From contig OZ024742.1 of the NCBI GenBank assembly GCA_964016885.1, positions 203,298,001-203,362,000 on the forward strand: a stretch of 64,000 bases of DNA. The letters are read 5' to 3'. This document shows, piece after piece, positions 13,515 to 28,149 of the stretch (the first letter of the stretch is position 1; each line of letters begins with the position of its first letter). Under the pieces are notes generated by a model. It was given only the letters and a program-made list of their open reading frames with translations. It did not search any database and was not told where the DNA came from. The stretch is from Eledone cirrhosa (taxonomy: Eukaryota). A program made the translations under genes and the position numbers.

Positions 13515-13687
13515 ATTCCTTTCAACTAAACTGTATCCATTCAAACCTTTCTATTTTTCTCCGGATTACTTTTGGAACTACAACTGGAACCGTCGAGCAA
13601 ACTCTACGTGAGCTGTCAATCTACTGTGTGTAATATTTATATTACAACACAACGTAAAATACTGTATATATATATATATATATATAT

Positions 13688-13862
13688 ATAACGAAGGAAA
13701 TGTGGTAAGGAACCAGATGGACCATAACGCACCAGAGTACTCAATACTTAGGGTAGTAGAGTGGGAATTAGGAAAAAGTTTCGACGGCTATTTCTGGACT
13801 ATTTCAGTCCAGAAATAGCCGTCGAAACGGCTTGAGCTCTGCCGTCGGTGTCATACTTTTTT

Positions 13863-13867
<5 letters not shown>
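13688..13867. mobile_element. Fold-back copy of (TA)n-inserted family F
   Basis: 13778-13800 and 13806-13828 form a perfect inverted repeat. Homologues at 25758-25861, 36172-36415 and 63323-63466. Confidence 0.8.
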
Positions 13868-13942
<75 letters not shown>

Positions 13943-14091
13943 AACAACTAACAGCGGAGGACACGTTTCGCACCTTTCCGACAGACCCCCCCCCCCGCGA
14001 AAAAATCCCCAGTTGATGGATGTGAATCCGAAATATATAGGGACAATTAAATCTCTCCCAAGGTAAATATTTTATATTTACCTTGGGAGAG

Positions 14092-14164
<73 letters not shown>

Positions 14165-15113
14165 ATATATATATATATATTCACTGCTGGAATGCATTTG
14201 ATCATAGTCCCACTGTTGATGTCTTACATGGGGTTAATGAAAACAATGTCAACCAGAATTGTATCTCACAAAATCTACCTTTCTTCTTGTCTCTAATATC
14301 AAGTGATGGGCTATTAGCTCATGATCTAAACAAAACGAAAGATTCCTTTCAGAGAAAGGTAGAAAGAAAAATAAAAGGAAAAATAAAAAATGTGAGAAAG
14401 TGAAAGAAGCGATCCCAGTACTAAACTGGTCCTTTTTTAATGACCTCGGAATGATGAAAAGTAGAGTTGTTTATCTCTTTCTTCAGACATTTAATCTGCA
14501 CAAGGTTAACATCAATCACATCTATCACATCTACCCCGGTCAAGGACTACTCCTGTTTCATGATATGAGCCCTAACCAGCTTTCTAAGATTAAATACTAA
14601 CAATGATGTTTCGTGTAATGAAATAGTAACCAGATTTCTCATTCTAATTGAAAAGGCTTCAATTTAGTATATGGATTTGGTTCGATCATACTGCGTATAG
14701 ACTCGGCTCGACCAGATTCTTATATGTAAAATTAGCTTGACTCTTATGGAGTATCCGTTTTTGTTCTCGTCCGGTTTAACATCACAACCCGTTTGCTGTG
14801 TATCAATTAACAGAATCACCTCTGATGCAAGTAGTTTGTCAGATCCTCAGTGTAATGTTAACTTCTTCCATTCTTCACACCAATGTCGGATGGATTAATA
14901 GTTCCCTGTTTATGGGACACTTTTAAATAGAAAATAAATACAACCAAGTTCCTTGGTCTAAGACTAACTTACTGAAAACTTACCAATATAGGAGGACCTA
15001 ACCATATCTGTATTCTAATTAATTAATGATGAATTTGGACGTGGTGGGTGGGGGGTATTAAAATTATTGTTTCTTTATTGCATGGGTGGGACCATAACAC
15101 CTGATGAAGTCAT

Positions 15114-15815
15114 AATAATTGTTTCTACTTTTGGCACAAGGCCAGCAACTATGTCAGTGCATTACTGGTACTTTATTTTATCGAGCCCGTAAAGATGACA
15201 GGCAAAGTTAACCGCGGCGGGATTTGAACTCAGACCGTAAAGGGCCGTAGCTATGCTGTAAAGCATGTTGTTCGACGCTTTACCGATACTGCCAATCCAT
15301 CGCCCTGATGAAGACATAATAATGCCGTCTTGGGCATTATTTAAACAAAATGGATTCCACCCCTCGTCAGCTGTGACCATAGCTTAATTCTTCAAAACAT
15401 GAAAGGAGAGTGCGAGAGAGCAAGTGAGATATAGATAGAGAAAGAATCAACACCAGTAATGGTCTCGTGATTTGTTTTATCGACCTCGAAAAGATGAAAG
15501 ACAAAATTGACATCAGTAGGGTTTGAAATCAGTGTGCAGAGAACCAGATCGAATGCTGCAATGCATTCGATCCGACGTAATGACGACTTTGCCAATTGAC
15601 CGCCGTATATTTCATTATTAAGATAGGGGCTGTGGATTGGCAGTATCGGTAGAGGGTCGGACACCATGCTTTGATACAAAGAGTTACGGCCCTTGCCATT
15701 CTGAGTTCAAATCCCGCCGAGGTTAACTTTCATCCTTACGGGGTCGATAAAATAAGTACCAGTAATGTACTGGATAATTGCTGGCCTTGTGCCAAAAAGT
15801 AGAAACAATTATTAA
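15114..15815. mobile_element. Cluster of SINE family 1 copies (15114-15305 -, about 15440-15605 -, 15625-15815 +)
   Basis: A-box-like tggcagtatcgg, B box gagttcaaatc, central gcctttcatccttacggggtcgataaaat (Deu/Nin-like domain) and an attatt tail. Confidence 0.8.
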
Positions 15816-16125
15816 GATGGTATATGTAACAACTTAAAACGTTCTTTTGCAGGAAGGATTTAATTTAAACAGAAACCCAGTACATGTGTGGATTTGTTTC
15901 ACAGAACAAGGGGCGGTTTGAGCTAGTTGGTATCAAAGGGCTTTTAAAAAGATTGTGAATACTTCCCTTCCACCTTTTGACTAATTGATAAAAAAAATTG
16001 TCTTAATTCTTAAAAGAACAGTGAATAGCACAGATTCCCATCCCAAGGTTCTGTGGCTTAACGAGAGTTATGGGTACCTATATGATAAATCAATATAAAT
16101 ACATGAGTACTGTCGATGATACATT

Positions 16126-16147
16126 ACTACTACTACTACTGCTGCTG

Positions 16148-16180
<33 letters not shown>

Positions 16181-16203
16181 ATACTACCACTACTACTACT
16201 ACC

Positions 16204-16252
<49 letters not shown>

Positions 16253-16295
16253 ATTTTGCTACTACTACTACGACTACTACTACTACTGCTACTGT

Positions 16296-16326
<31 letters not shown>

Positions 16327-16336
16327 GCTACTACTA

Positions 16337-16390
<54 letters not shown>

Positions 16391-16524
16391 TTACTACTAC
16401 TACCACCACCACAACCCCACCACCACCACCCCTACTACTACTACTCCTACTCCTACTACTACTACCGCTACAACCCCCCACAACAACATTATTACTACTC
16501 CAACATCATTACTATTATCACCAA

Positions 16525-16561
<37 letters not shown>

Positions 16562-17220
16562 GTGTACGTAATTTATACTAAGCTGACATATTTAACATTA
16601 ATCATGTATGTGCATGTACGTGTCTTTGTGCATCTGTGTGCATAAGTGTATGTAAGTGTATATGAGTGTGCAAATGTTTGTGTGTGTGTGTGAGAAAATG
16701 TCAGTAGATTTAACCTGGGAAGTGAGAGAGGTCAGGTCAACTGGAAAATTAATACAGGATCAAGGTTGTTTGCTGTTGTTGTGTTGTTTTTGTTGTTGTT
16801 ATGGTGGTGATGGCGTGGTGGTGGTGTTGGTGGTGGTGGTGGTGGTGGTGATGATGGGGGTGGTGGTGGTTGTGGTGATGTTGGTGGTGTTAGTGGTGGT
16901 GGTGGTGATGTTGGTGGTGGTTGTGGTGATGTTGGTGGTGATGGTGGTGGTGGTGGTGATGTTGGTGGTGGTGGTGATGGTGGTGATAGTGGTGATGGTG
17001 GTGGTTGTGATGATAGTGGTGGTGGTGGTGGTGGTGGTTTGATGGTGGTGATGGTGGTGATAGTGGTGGTGCTGGTGGTGGTGGTGATGGGGTAGTGGTG
17101 GTGATGTTGTTGGTGGCGGTGGTGGTGGTGGTGGTGATGATGGTGTTGGTGGTGGTGGTCGTCGTGGTGAGGGTGGTAATGGTGGTGTTGGTGTTGGTGG
17201 TGATGTTGGTGGTATGGTGG
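16126..17220. repeat. (CTA)n/(CTG)n and (GGT)n trinucleotide microsatellite blocks
   Basis: Seen directly; explains the poly-L, poly-V, poly-T and poly-H ORFs. Confidence 0.95.
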
Positions 17221-17418
17221 AGCATGGTAATTGTTCCTTGGTGGTGAGATGGGGTGTTGTCGTTGTTGCAGCTGCTAGTGTTTTTTCTTTGTTTTGTTAT
17301 TGGAGCTTTTTCTAGAAAGATAAGAAAGCTGCATGTCGAAGAAGAGTTCTGAGGTTTCAAAACCACTTCCAGTACTCTACCAAGTACTGTATTGTTTATG
17401 ACTATTAGAGAATATTGA

Positions 17419-18555
17419 GGGCGGTGGATTGGCCGATTCCTTAAAGCATCGGGCAACATGCTTTTCAACACTTAGTTACAGCCCTTTATATCCTGATCCT
17501 GAGTTCAAATCCCGCTGAGGTTAGCACTGTCTTTCATCCTTATGGGGTCGATAAAATAAAGTACCAGTATCGGACTGAGGTCAATTTAATCAACTTCCCC
17601 TCTTCCAAAATTGTTGACCTTGTACCTAAATCAGAAACCATTATTAGAGGGCGGTAGGTTGGCAGTATCGGTAGAGGGTCGGACGCCATGCTTTGCGGCT
17701 AGGAGTTACGGCCCTTGTCATTCTGAGTTCAAATCCTGCCGAGGTTAACTTCATCGTTCATCCTTTCGAGGTCGATAAAATAAAGTACCAGTCACGCACT
17801 ATGGTCGATTTAATCGACTTTCCCCTCCCCCGGAATTGCTGGCCTAGTGCCTATATAAGAAACCATTATTGCGGTGGATTGGCAGTATCGGTAGAGGGTC
17901 GGACGCCATGCTTTGCAGCAAAGAGTTACGACCCTTTATGGTCTGAGTTCAAATCCCGCCGAGGTTAACTTTGCCTTTCATCCTTACGGGGTCGATAAAA
18001 TAAAGTACCAGTGATGCACTGGATAATTGCTGGCCTTGTGCCAAAAGTAGACACAATTATTAAATATACTGAGGGAATTGGATTAACAGAATCGTTAAAA
18101 CAACGGACAAAATGCTTTGTAGCATTTAGTTACGACCCTTTCTGGCCTCAGTTCAAATCATCGCGACGTCAGCTTTGCTTTTCATCCTTCCAGGGTCGAT
18201 AAAATAAAGTACCACTAAATTGCTGGCCTTGGACCAAAATTAGACACGGTTATTAAAGAGTACTTCCAGAATGGTGTATTGGCTGAATCGGTAGAACGTC
18301 GGACATGCTTTCCGGTATTTGTTTCTGCTATTTACATTCTGAGTTCAATATCCTACAGAGATTAACTTTGCACTTCATCCATCCGTGGTCGATGAAATAA
18401 AGTTCCAGTTAAGTATCAGTTGCAGCTAATATAATTGATCACCCCTCCCCATCCGGAAGGATGAAAAGAAAGTTGACCTCGGTGGGATTTGAACTCAGAA
18501 CGTCAAGAGGCCAGCATAAATAGCAACTACAGGGAATTTTTCTCCGACGCCAATT
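17419..18555 (+). mobile_element. Head-to-tail array of five SINE family 1 copies plus one inverted copy
   Basis: Copies start at about 17419, 17648, 17871, 18071 and 18272, each with A/B boxes and the central domain. Minus-strand copy at about 18451-18555. Confidence 0.85.
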
Positions 18556-19317
18556 ATAATACAGTGTGTGTGCACTCGTGCGTCTCAGAATGAGGAATTA
18601 GTACTACTTATTCAGATCTCACTTGAGATCTAAGCTAAGCGACATCCACCACCACTGTCATCATCATCACATCCACCACCATCAACACCAACACAACCAC
18701 CATTACCACCACTACTACACTAGTATCACCGCTATCACATCCACCACTACAACTATCACCATCAGCATCACCGCTAACAACGCCACCACCGCCGCCGCTG
18801 CCATCACCACCGCCGCCACCACCACCATCACCGCTGCCGACGCCATCACTACCAACTCCGCCGCCGCCACCACCGCCTAGATCGATACAGAAGATCTTCT
18901 ATTCAGGTTTTCTTTTTCAGTGTGTGACCCAAGTGTAAACATGGTAAGATTAATGTAAGTCTGTAGTAGTGTTCACTTAATTACAGTTATGTGATCGATA
19001 CAATTACGTAATCAATAACACAAACACAAGACCTATTGTCAGTCCACTCCTACCCCTATACCACTCATCACAACCCCACCTCCACTCAATGAAACAATAC
19101 TACAGAGAGATCTTAGCAAGTAGCTTGCTGAAAGTACGCCTGGCTAAGCATTTGTCTACGCTAAGCCACATTCACCACTACCATCATCCTCAACATCTTC
19201 ACCACCATCATAACCTTCACTACCGCCATCATCTCATAAAGCTCCATCACTAACACCACCAACAACAGCACCAGCACAACCCCCCATCATGTTGTTTATT
19301 TATTAGTTAGTAGTGGA

Positions 19318-19358
<41 letters not shown>

Positions 19359-19674
19359 TATTTATAATCTTTTGCAATATGCCTCCTCCTCTTCCTCCAC
19401 ACTTTGTCCATCTCCGCCCACACACACCACACACCATGCTGGTTTATTAAGGTCAGACTGACCGATTTAATATAAAGAGGTAAGTTCCCAGCATGCATAA
19501 AAATACGTATGGCCACCTATCTACAATATGTAGCTAGACACAATAATAGCTTACTATAATAGCTACTCCAGATTTGCATAGATATACAGATACGCACACG
19601 CGCACACACACGCACACACACACAAACACACGCGCGCGCGCACACACACACACACACATAGACACACACACACA

Positions 19675-19728
<54 letters not shown>

Positions 19729-19864
19729 GTAGGATTCTGATGTAAATCGGTAAGCAGCCACTGCCAAAAAGGTACTCAATACGTTAGTAGATTATGCGTA
19801 TATACTGCTGATTTCTTACGAATGAAATAGTTCTAGTCTTGTACAAATCGTTTCAATAATAAAA

Positions 19865-19928
<64 letters not shown>

Positions 19929-20332
19929 AATTTCACAAGGTATGGAAATTATATACCGTATGGAAATTATATAACTTTATAGAAAATATTTGTAGTTTTT
20001 CTCAAATGTAAGAAACTCCATGTTAATTATCCTGTGGTTATTACAATGGTAATATCGCTATTTCAACTTATGTAGGTCTCATCAGCTTAAAATTAAACTT
20101 TTTGCTGTGGATACAGCATAGCTCAATGGTTAAGAGGTTTGAGCTCGCATTCATTAGATTCCATGTTCGATACCTCTGTCTGACATATTGGCCATAATCT
20201 GCTTGACAATTATGTTAATGATACATTGTAGGTGGACTGTTCAGTCATTTGCACGTTAATTTACGAGGAAGCTATTCCATTTATCGAACAACTGAAATAA
20301 CTAGTAATATATTTATCGATCTCGAAACGATC

Positions 20333-20900
20333 TTTTTCTTCTTCGCCCATTTATTCCTGGGTGGGTCGTCGGGGCAGAGTGCTCAAACATTCGTTCCAGT
20401 AGCAATCGTCTCCAACTGATCCGACTGGATCAGCAAGCGAGGTCTAGGTAATCTTCCTCGGGGTTTACACTCGGGTCTCATATCGGCTGGTTTTGCCCGT
20501 AAAATCTGTCCAGTGATTCTTTCCTGAGACATTCTAATCCCATGCCTATAGTACCAGGGCTGTGATCTCTCAATTCGAAGATGTAGCGGCTCTACCTGGG
20601 GTGACGCCCTGCTCCTCCAGCTACACATTCTATCGAGTAACTTTAGTCCAAAGACCCTTTGGAAGAACTCCATTTAAGCCGCTTGTATTCGTGATCGTAT
20701 ATTTTCGGTCATTACCGAAGATTTATGACGAAAGGTAAGAGTTGGCACGAATATCGAATTGAAGATAGCGAGTTTGGCTTTTACACCTACCTCCCTTCTT
20801 CTGATTATCGAATGCTGTAGCTGGCACATTACTGCATTGGCTCTTGCAATTCTTGCACTTAATCCAGCTACTTGCTTTCCATCATTCTTCAATACGGTCC
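20333..20900 (-). mobile_element. RTE-clade LINE 3' fragment
   Basis: ARIARANAVM..KAKLAIFNSIFVPTLT..RSRIQAA*MEFFQRV..LRIERSQ; short (GAA)n tail at about 20335-20345. Confidence 0.8.
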
Positions 20901-21063
20901 CGATGAAAGGCAGATTTCACCTCAGTGGGATTTAACCTTTGAACGCAGTAAGTCCGAACAAGTACCGAGACACTTTTTATCCGACACTCTAACGACTTTC
21001 CAGTTGCTTCGACATTTGTATCATGGGAAATAAAAATTGTTCAACATTATATTAATTAACCAA

Positions 21064-21255
21064 AGGGCGTTGGATTGGCAGTATCAGTAGAGAGTCCGAT
21101 GCCATGCTTTGCAGCATAGAGTTACGGCCCTTTATAGTCTGAGTTCAAATCCCGCCGAGTTTAACTTTGCCTTTCATCCTTACAGGGTCGATAAAATAAA
21201 GCACCAGTAATGGACTGGGATAATTGCACGCCTTGTGCCAAAATTAGAAACAAAT
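21064..21255 (+). mobile_element. SINE family 1 copy
   Basis: Same A/B boxes and central domain. Further copies at about 20900-21005 (-), 23160-23330 (+), 24443-24605 (-), 27780-27945 (+), 29995-30170 (-), 48645-48752 (-) and 60325-60510 (-). Confidence 0.85.
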
Positions 21256-22058
21256 ACATTAATTAACCAAAGAAAAGTAAAGGTGACGACACAAAATCAA
21301 ACATATTATATTTTAGCCCTTTTAATACCATGAAACTGCCCCCTAGTTCTCTGATAAAAAAAACTATCCATTTCAAGATGTTTTCCCTTATACTAAAACA
21401 TTATATCATAATTTTATGTAAGAACCTTTTCTTAAATTATATTCCAAACAACAAACAGTTATTTTACGAAATACCTCTATTGTTTAAATTATTAATTTAG
21501 AAATTAATTGAAATACAAAGACAGTGTAATTTATTGCAAATATGGTAAGGGGGGGGGGGGGGGGTAAATAAGTTGATGCATCTGAATCCCAATAAATTTA
21601 AATTAGAAATAAATTGAGGTGAGAGAAAACACAGTGAGAAGCGGATGGCAAGGTAACAAAGACAGTGAACTGACGACAGCCAATACGAGTGAAATTGGAA
21701 TCCTTAGCTTATTAAAGTGGGAACCTTAGACTATTAAATTGTGATCCTTAGACTATTAAAAACCCTTAAATGTAATAAAACTCCTCAAAAGGCGTGTTCC
21801 AGCCGTTGTTGCCGCTGATATTGTAATTGCTGTTGATGTAGTTAAGTTTTTTTATTGCTCATATTAACCCTATCTCAACTATGATCCAGGAGACCTATGA
21901 TCAAAGCTGATCCAGTTATAAAAACTCCTACTCACACGAGACACACACATCGAGGATAACATTATCAACTAAGATGGTAGTCTCTGTGATGTTTAAGTTG
22001 GGGTGCAGAGATTCTTGCTGCTATTTTTACAAAGGTCGAACAACCACATAAAAAAATG

Positions 22059-22161
<103 letters not shown>

Positions 22162-23752
22162 AAGAGAGAGAAAGAGAGAAAGGTAGAGGTAGAGAGAGAA
22201 TATATATAGCCAAGAAATATATAATATAAATATTTAACATATATAAACACGTTACATATACATAAAGTAAAGCGAATGGGTCAGAATGAAAGAAAGACAG
22301 GAAGGAAGGAAAAAAGAAAAAAGGAAAGAAAGAACGAAAGCAAGAAAGAAAAGAATGAGGGAAGGAATGAAAGAAAGTATGTATGATGAATGGGTTAAAA
22401 GAAAGTTCTAGACAGTTAGCGGCCATTCATCACAGGGAAACAAGTGATTTATCTTGCTCGAGATATATTACATTATGTCTAAATGGACAGAGAGAGAGAG
22501 AGATGGGGGGGGGGACTGAGAAAGAGAGATAGAAACAGAGAGAGAGCGGGAGGTAAAGTGAGAGATAGAAACAGAGAGAGAGGGAGGTAGAGTGAGAGAT
22601 AGAGGTAGAGTGAGAAAGAGAGACAGGGGGACAGTAAGAGACAGAGGGAAGAGGTAGAGAGAGAGAGACGAAAGTGTGAGAATAAGACTGCCGAATATTT
22701 TCGCTGTTCGCCATTCCTACCAGATTTAATATCCACAGCCAGACTGTAAACTATTCAACATTATTGACCTTGAAATCTATACTAATTCACCAATCCAGTG
22801 TTCGATTTCATTGCTTGATTGCTATTTCCCCACTTTCAGAAAGAAATTCGATCGAACATTTACAAACATAACGAAGAAATTTATTAACTCTTAACATCCT
22901 GTAATAATTTATCAGAAAATATCTAAAGAAGGAATAGTTAATTCATATGTATAATATATCTTTACTAGTAGACAGATTGCTGTGAACATTTGCAGTAAAG
23001 TAAAGGCTTTAATTTTTAATGTGCTGCAGGTATAGCACTGTTTTGTACTCTTCAAGAATGTCTTACCAATGTAGTATCAAAGAGTTTCTTGATTCAAATA
23101 TTAATAGTCTCTTTACTAGTAGTTAGATTGCTGTGAAAATTTGTAGCATATGACTGAACGTGGTTTGGCAGTATCGGTAGAGCGTCAGACACCATGCTTT
23201 GCAGCATTGAGTTATAGCCCTTAACGTTCTCAGTTCAAATTCCGCCGAGGTTAATTTTGCCTTTCATCTTTACGGGGTCGATGAAAGAAAGGGATAATTG
23301 CTGGCCTTGTTCCAAAAGTAGAAACATTATTTTTTAATGCCATTCAATCAAAATGCTGGATCTTTTTATTTAAGTATGTCTTGCTATTCTAGTCTCATAC
23401 GGTAAAGGACATTAAGAGATAAAACATGAGAATTATGGGGTAGAAAGATATCGACACATACATGCAGTCTCTCTTTGAAGTCTTCCTTGTCTACTATGTG
23501 TGTGTCTGGGTATGTAAGTGTGCTTCATATATTCTCACACACATTCGTACAAACATCTATCTATGCCTATTTGCATGTACATATATATAATGCGTTTTTA
23601 GCACGCATTAATTTTAACGGTATCGTATAAACTCGTGTAAGCGCCAGGAGATTAGGTCACAATTTTGATCCCTTTTACATTTTGGAGATATAGTCAATAT
23701 TGGGTCTTGAAACCTTTTGTTCCGTATATATGAATATAAATAGATAATATAA

Positions 23753-23783
<31 letters not shown>

Positions 23784-23889
23784 AATATATAATGAACCTC
23801 CCAAAGTATAACAATATCTGTTTCAACACACGTTTTCAGATAAGAAATCTTGCAAAACAAATTCAAAAACGAAATATATATATGTATAT

Positions 23890-23924
<35 letters not shown>

Positions 23925-23935
23925 CATATATATAT

Positions 23936-24414
23936 ATATATGAATGTATATATAGTGTATTTTGCAATACACTGTATGCTTAATTAAAAGCATTTCGAAG
24001 ACCTTATGCTATTGTTTTAGAGTAGTGACAGACTCACTTACTTTAATTTTCAGCAAACATTCATATATATATCGCTATTTCAGAGCACCAATTCTAATTT
24101 TCAATTTCTGCTTGACCGGCAACCGCTCTGTATAATCAGTTCCTGATTATTTACTAGAATTCTATGAGAACCAAACATCCATGATTTCAGCAAACAGGAG
24201 GAGTAGTTGGCTTTGATAAGCATTAATAAATGCGAAACAAAGCCTTGTCAGCTTTATCTCCCCCTGTTTGCTGAAAATTAAAGTAAGTGAGTCTGTCACT
24301 GCTCTAAAACAATAGCATAAGGTCTTCGAAATGCTTTTAATTAAGCATACAGTGTATTGCAAAATACACTATATATACATTCATATATAGCTATTTCAGA
24401 GCACCAATTCTAAT
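23936..24414 (+). mobile_element. Non-coding unit of about 320 bp with terminal redundancy, an inverted 5' copy and a degenerate HHR
   Basis: 23936-24059 is the reverse complement of 24265-24388. 24058-24098 is repeated at 24378-24414. HHR remnant at 24209-24253: ggct-TTGATAA-gcatt aata aatgc-GAAA-caa agcc ttg-TC-agct. Confidence 0.8.
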
Positions 24415-25857
24415 ATATATATATATATGTATGTATATATATAATTGTTTCTACTTTTGGTACAAGGCCAGCAATTATTAAAGTACCTGTGTATTACTGG
24501 TACTTTATTTTATCGACCCCGTAAGGATGAAAGGCAAAGTTAACTTCGGCGGGATTTGAACTCAAATCATAAAGGTGGCGTTCGACCTTCTATCGATACT
24601 GCCAAGTGCAAAGATTTTAAAAACCATTTTATACCTCTCACGTTTTTCTGCAAAGTAAACAGGAGAAAAGAAGGTTAAAATATTAAAAAATAGCCCCTGC
24701 ACACATCCCATAGTTAATATAAGTAATATCTTTATGTATCTTTGTCTCAAGGATTAATGTTTATTTATGTTTATACTTGTATCGTCAGCAAAGACTGCAG
24801 TTGATCAAGGAAGCAATGATTTCATACTGATACATCCTTTTAACGAGAACAATCACATGATATTTGATAAACAATAAAAGGTTATTAATATACCAGCTAA
24901 ATTTTAAATGACTACAGTATTTAATATCACCATGAGAGAAAGTGAAAAAGTAAAAAAGAAAAAAGAAAAAAGAAAAAAGAGAAGACTCTCTGCACATTAT
25001 TTTCCAAATAATATATATATATATATATAAACACACACACACACATATATAGATATATATATAGTAAAACAACCAGTAAATATAGCTAGTACTTTAGAAT
25101 AACGTAAACATATTACTAAAATATATATGGAATAATGTAAGCGTTATTAAAATCTAGAGGAATATCTGGGAAGATTATAAAAATACAATTTATAGGTAAC
25201 AAAATTATCATTATGCATTAATATTGAAACCATAAATAAATAATTAAACCTCAATTACGTCAATCGAATGTATAAATATCAAATTTAATATTTATGTTAA
25301 ACCATAACTCGTGCAAGAGCCAATGTATACATGCGATGTAAGAATATGTAAAACTGCAAATATAAACAAAAAGTATCACTAATCCTTGAGACAGAGGTCA
25401 GATTAAAATACATTAAAATATTACTTATACGAGTATATATTATTAATGGAGCTTGAGCAGAGTTTTATATTATTGAGTTTTACATTTATTTTGTTTATTT
25501 TTGCAGAAAGAATTATCAGATAAATAAAATTGTTTAATTTCATCTTTGCTATTTGTAGCATTATTATTTATTAGTTCTGTACCCAGTACACAGATTGTGT
25601 GTAAGATTGTTATGTAAGTTGACGGATTATATAAACGATGAGAAAATACATCTTAATTTACTGATTGCGCGTTTTCGGTTTACATTAAGCTCGAAATAGC
25701 ATCGGCAAAATTATTTATCTTGTGTATTTAACTTCGTGACATACATACACATATTTACACAGCCGTCGAGGTCCTGAATCCTTTCCTATTACCCACTCCT
25801 AAGTATTGAGTACTCTGGTGCCTCATGGTCCACCTGGTATCTTACCACACCCTCTTT

Positions 25858-25908
<51 letters not shown>

Positions 25909-26324
25909 ATATATCATTTTGAAATATAGGTGTCTTAACGTAAATGACTACGTCAATATAGTTATCAAATCATATATATAGACGCTTTTATATACGTATA
26001 TAAATATATTATTTTGAAATGTAGGCATCTCAACGTAAATGACTACAACAACAGTCGATTACTATAAGTAATAAATAAAAAAAATTGAGTAATTAATCGC
26101 AGGAGACAGAAAAGTGGACAAGGTACCTGCTAGAAGTCGAGACCAACATTTGTCAATTTTTGCAACTACTATTTCTAATGTTCAGTTATTGTTATAGTCA
26201 TTTACGTGGAAGCGACTAAAATTTCAAATTTTCCTATTCTTTCTTAAGTCAACTCGAATGCATATATCAATATTTATACACAGTAGACTCGTCAACATAT
26301 AATCACACACACAAATACACACAC

Positions 26325-26375
<51 letters not shown>

Positions 26376-26414
26376 TACACGGGTGTGTATGATTGTCTAT
26401 AGAAGATTATATTA

Positions 26415-26787
26415 ATAAGAGGAATTCCAACTTTGTCTGATTTACTCGTATTTTTTTACAATCCTTTAAAATTTATAATGGTATTATAATGAAATAGTAT
26501 GATAGAATATGAAATGTTAAGTGTAAATTGAACAAGTACTTTCATGCTTTCGCAATCTTCATGTTCATAATATGTGGTGACATTCAAGTTTGCAACCTTC
26601 AACAGTTAAACATTGTAAACTTGACTGTCACCACACATTATGAACCTGAAGATTGCGAAAGCATGAAAGTACTTGTTCAATTAACACTTAACATTTAATA
26701 TTCTATCATACTATTTCATTCTAATACCATTATAAGTTTTAAAGGATTGTAAAAAAAACGAGTAAATCAGACAAAGTTGGAATTCCT

Positions 26788-26792
<5 letters not shown>
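26415..26792. mobile_element. Fold-back element (arms about 180 bp, spacer about 17 nt) carrying an HHR
   Basis: 26415-26595 is the reverse complement of 26613-26792 with scattered mismatches; the right end runs into (TA)n. Confidence 0.85.
26641..26679 (+). ncRNA. Minimal type I hammerhead ribozyme motif (39 nt)
   Basis: tgaac-CTGAAGA-t tgc gaaa gca t-GAAA-gtac-TT-gttca. Helix I is perfect, helix II is capped by a GAAA tetraloop, helix III is the palindrome agtact, CUU site. The inverted copy at 26529-26567 has core ATGAAGA. Confidence 0.85.
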
Positions 26793-26827
<35 letters not shown>

Positions 26828-26885
26828 ATTTGCAACGTGTTTGATATGGAATCGTGAGTCGAAACACATATTGTTACACATATTG

Positions 26886-26919
<34 letters not shown>

Positions 26920-26944
26920 GATAACAATATATATATATATATAT

Positions 26945-27576
<632 letters not shown>

Positions 27577-28149
27577 CAGAGAGAGATGGGGGAGGGGCGA
27601 GAGATATGTATGTGTGTCTGGAGAGAGGTGTACATGATGGCCAATAATTAGCTTACTCTTTAGAAATGAACATAAATTGCAAGGCGAGCAACATTTCTGA
27701 TATTTAATATAACTTCCATGAATTGTCTATGCATAACTTTTTGAATGAACATTGTTTTGTATTTAACATTTCTTAACATTAAGCTATGGCTCTTAGGGTT
27801 CTGAGTTCAAATCCCGCCAATGTCATATTTGCCTAGCTTCCTTCTGGAGTCTATAAAATAAATGAGTAGTCAACTACTGAGTCGATTTCCATTGACTTCC
27901 CCACCCCTCGAATTGTGCGCCATTTTGCCTAAATTAGTAATCATTATATCGAGGCTCTGTCTGTGACATTATTTTTCGCCACTTGAAGCTTATTCAAACA
28001 GTGGGTAATATACATAGCTTGTAGTTATTCATACATAGAAAAGTTTATAAGGTGTAGTAAAGAAAATTTAAGTTCTTGGAATCGAATACCTTTATAAGGG
28101 AAAACATTCTATAAATGACAGTCAACGTATTGTAGATATATTGGAATTG

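Noticed and set aside
15101-15370. CTGATGA/CTGACGA words at 15101, 15305 and 15363(-), and similar words at about 10248, 10939, 14845, 54018 and 63899
   Set aside because: No correctly placed GAAA, NUH and helix I complement
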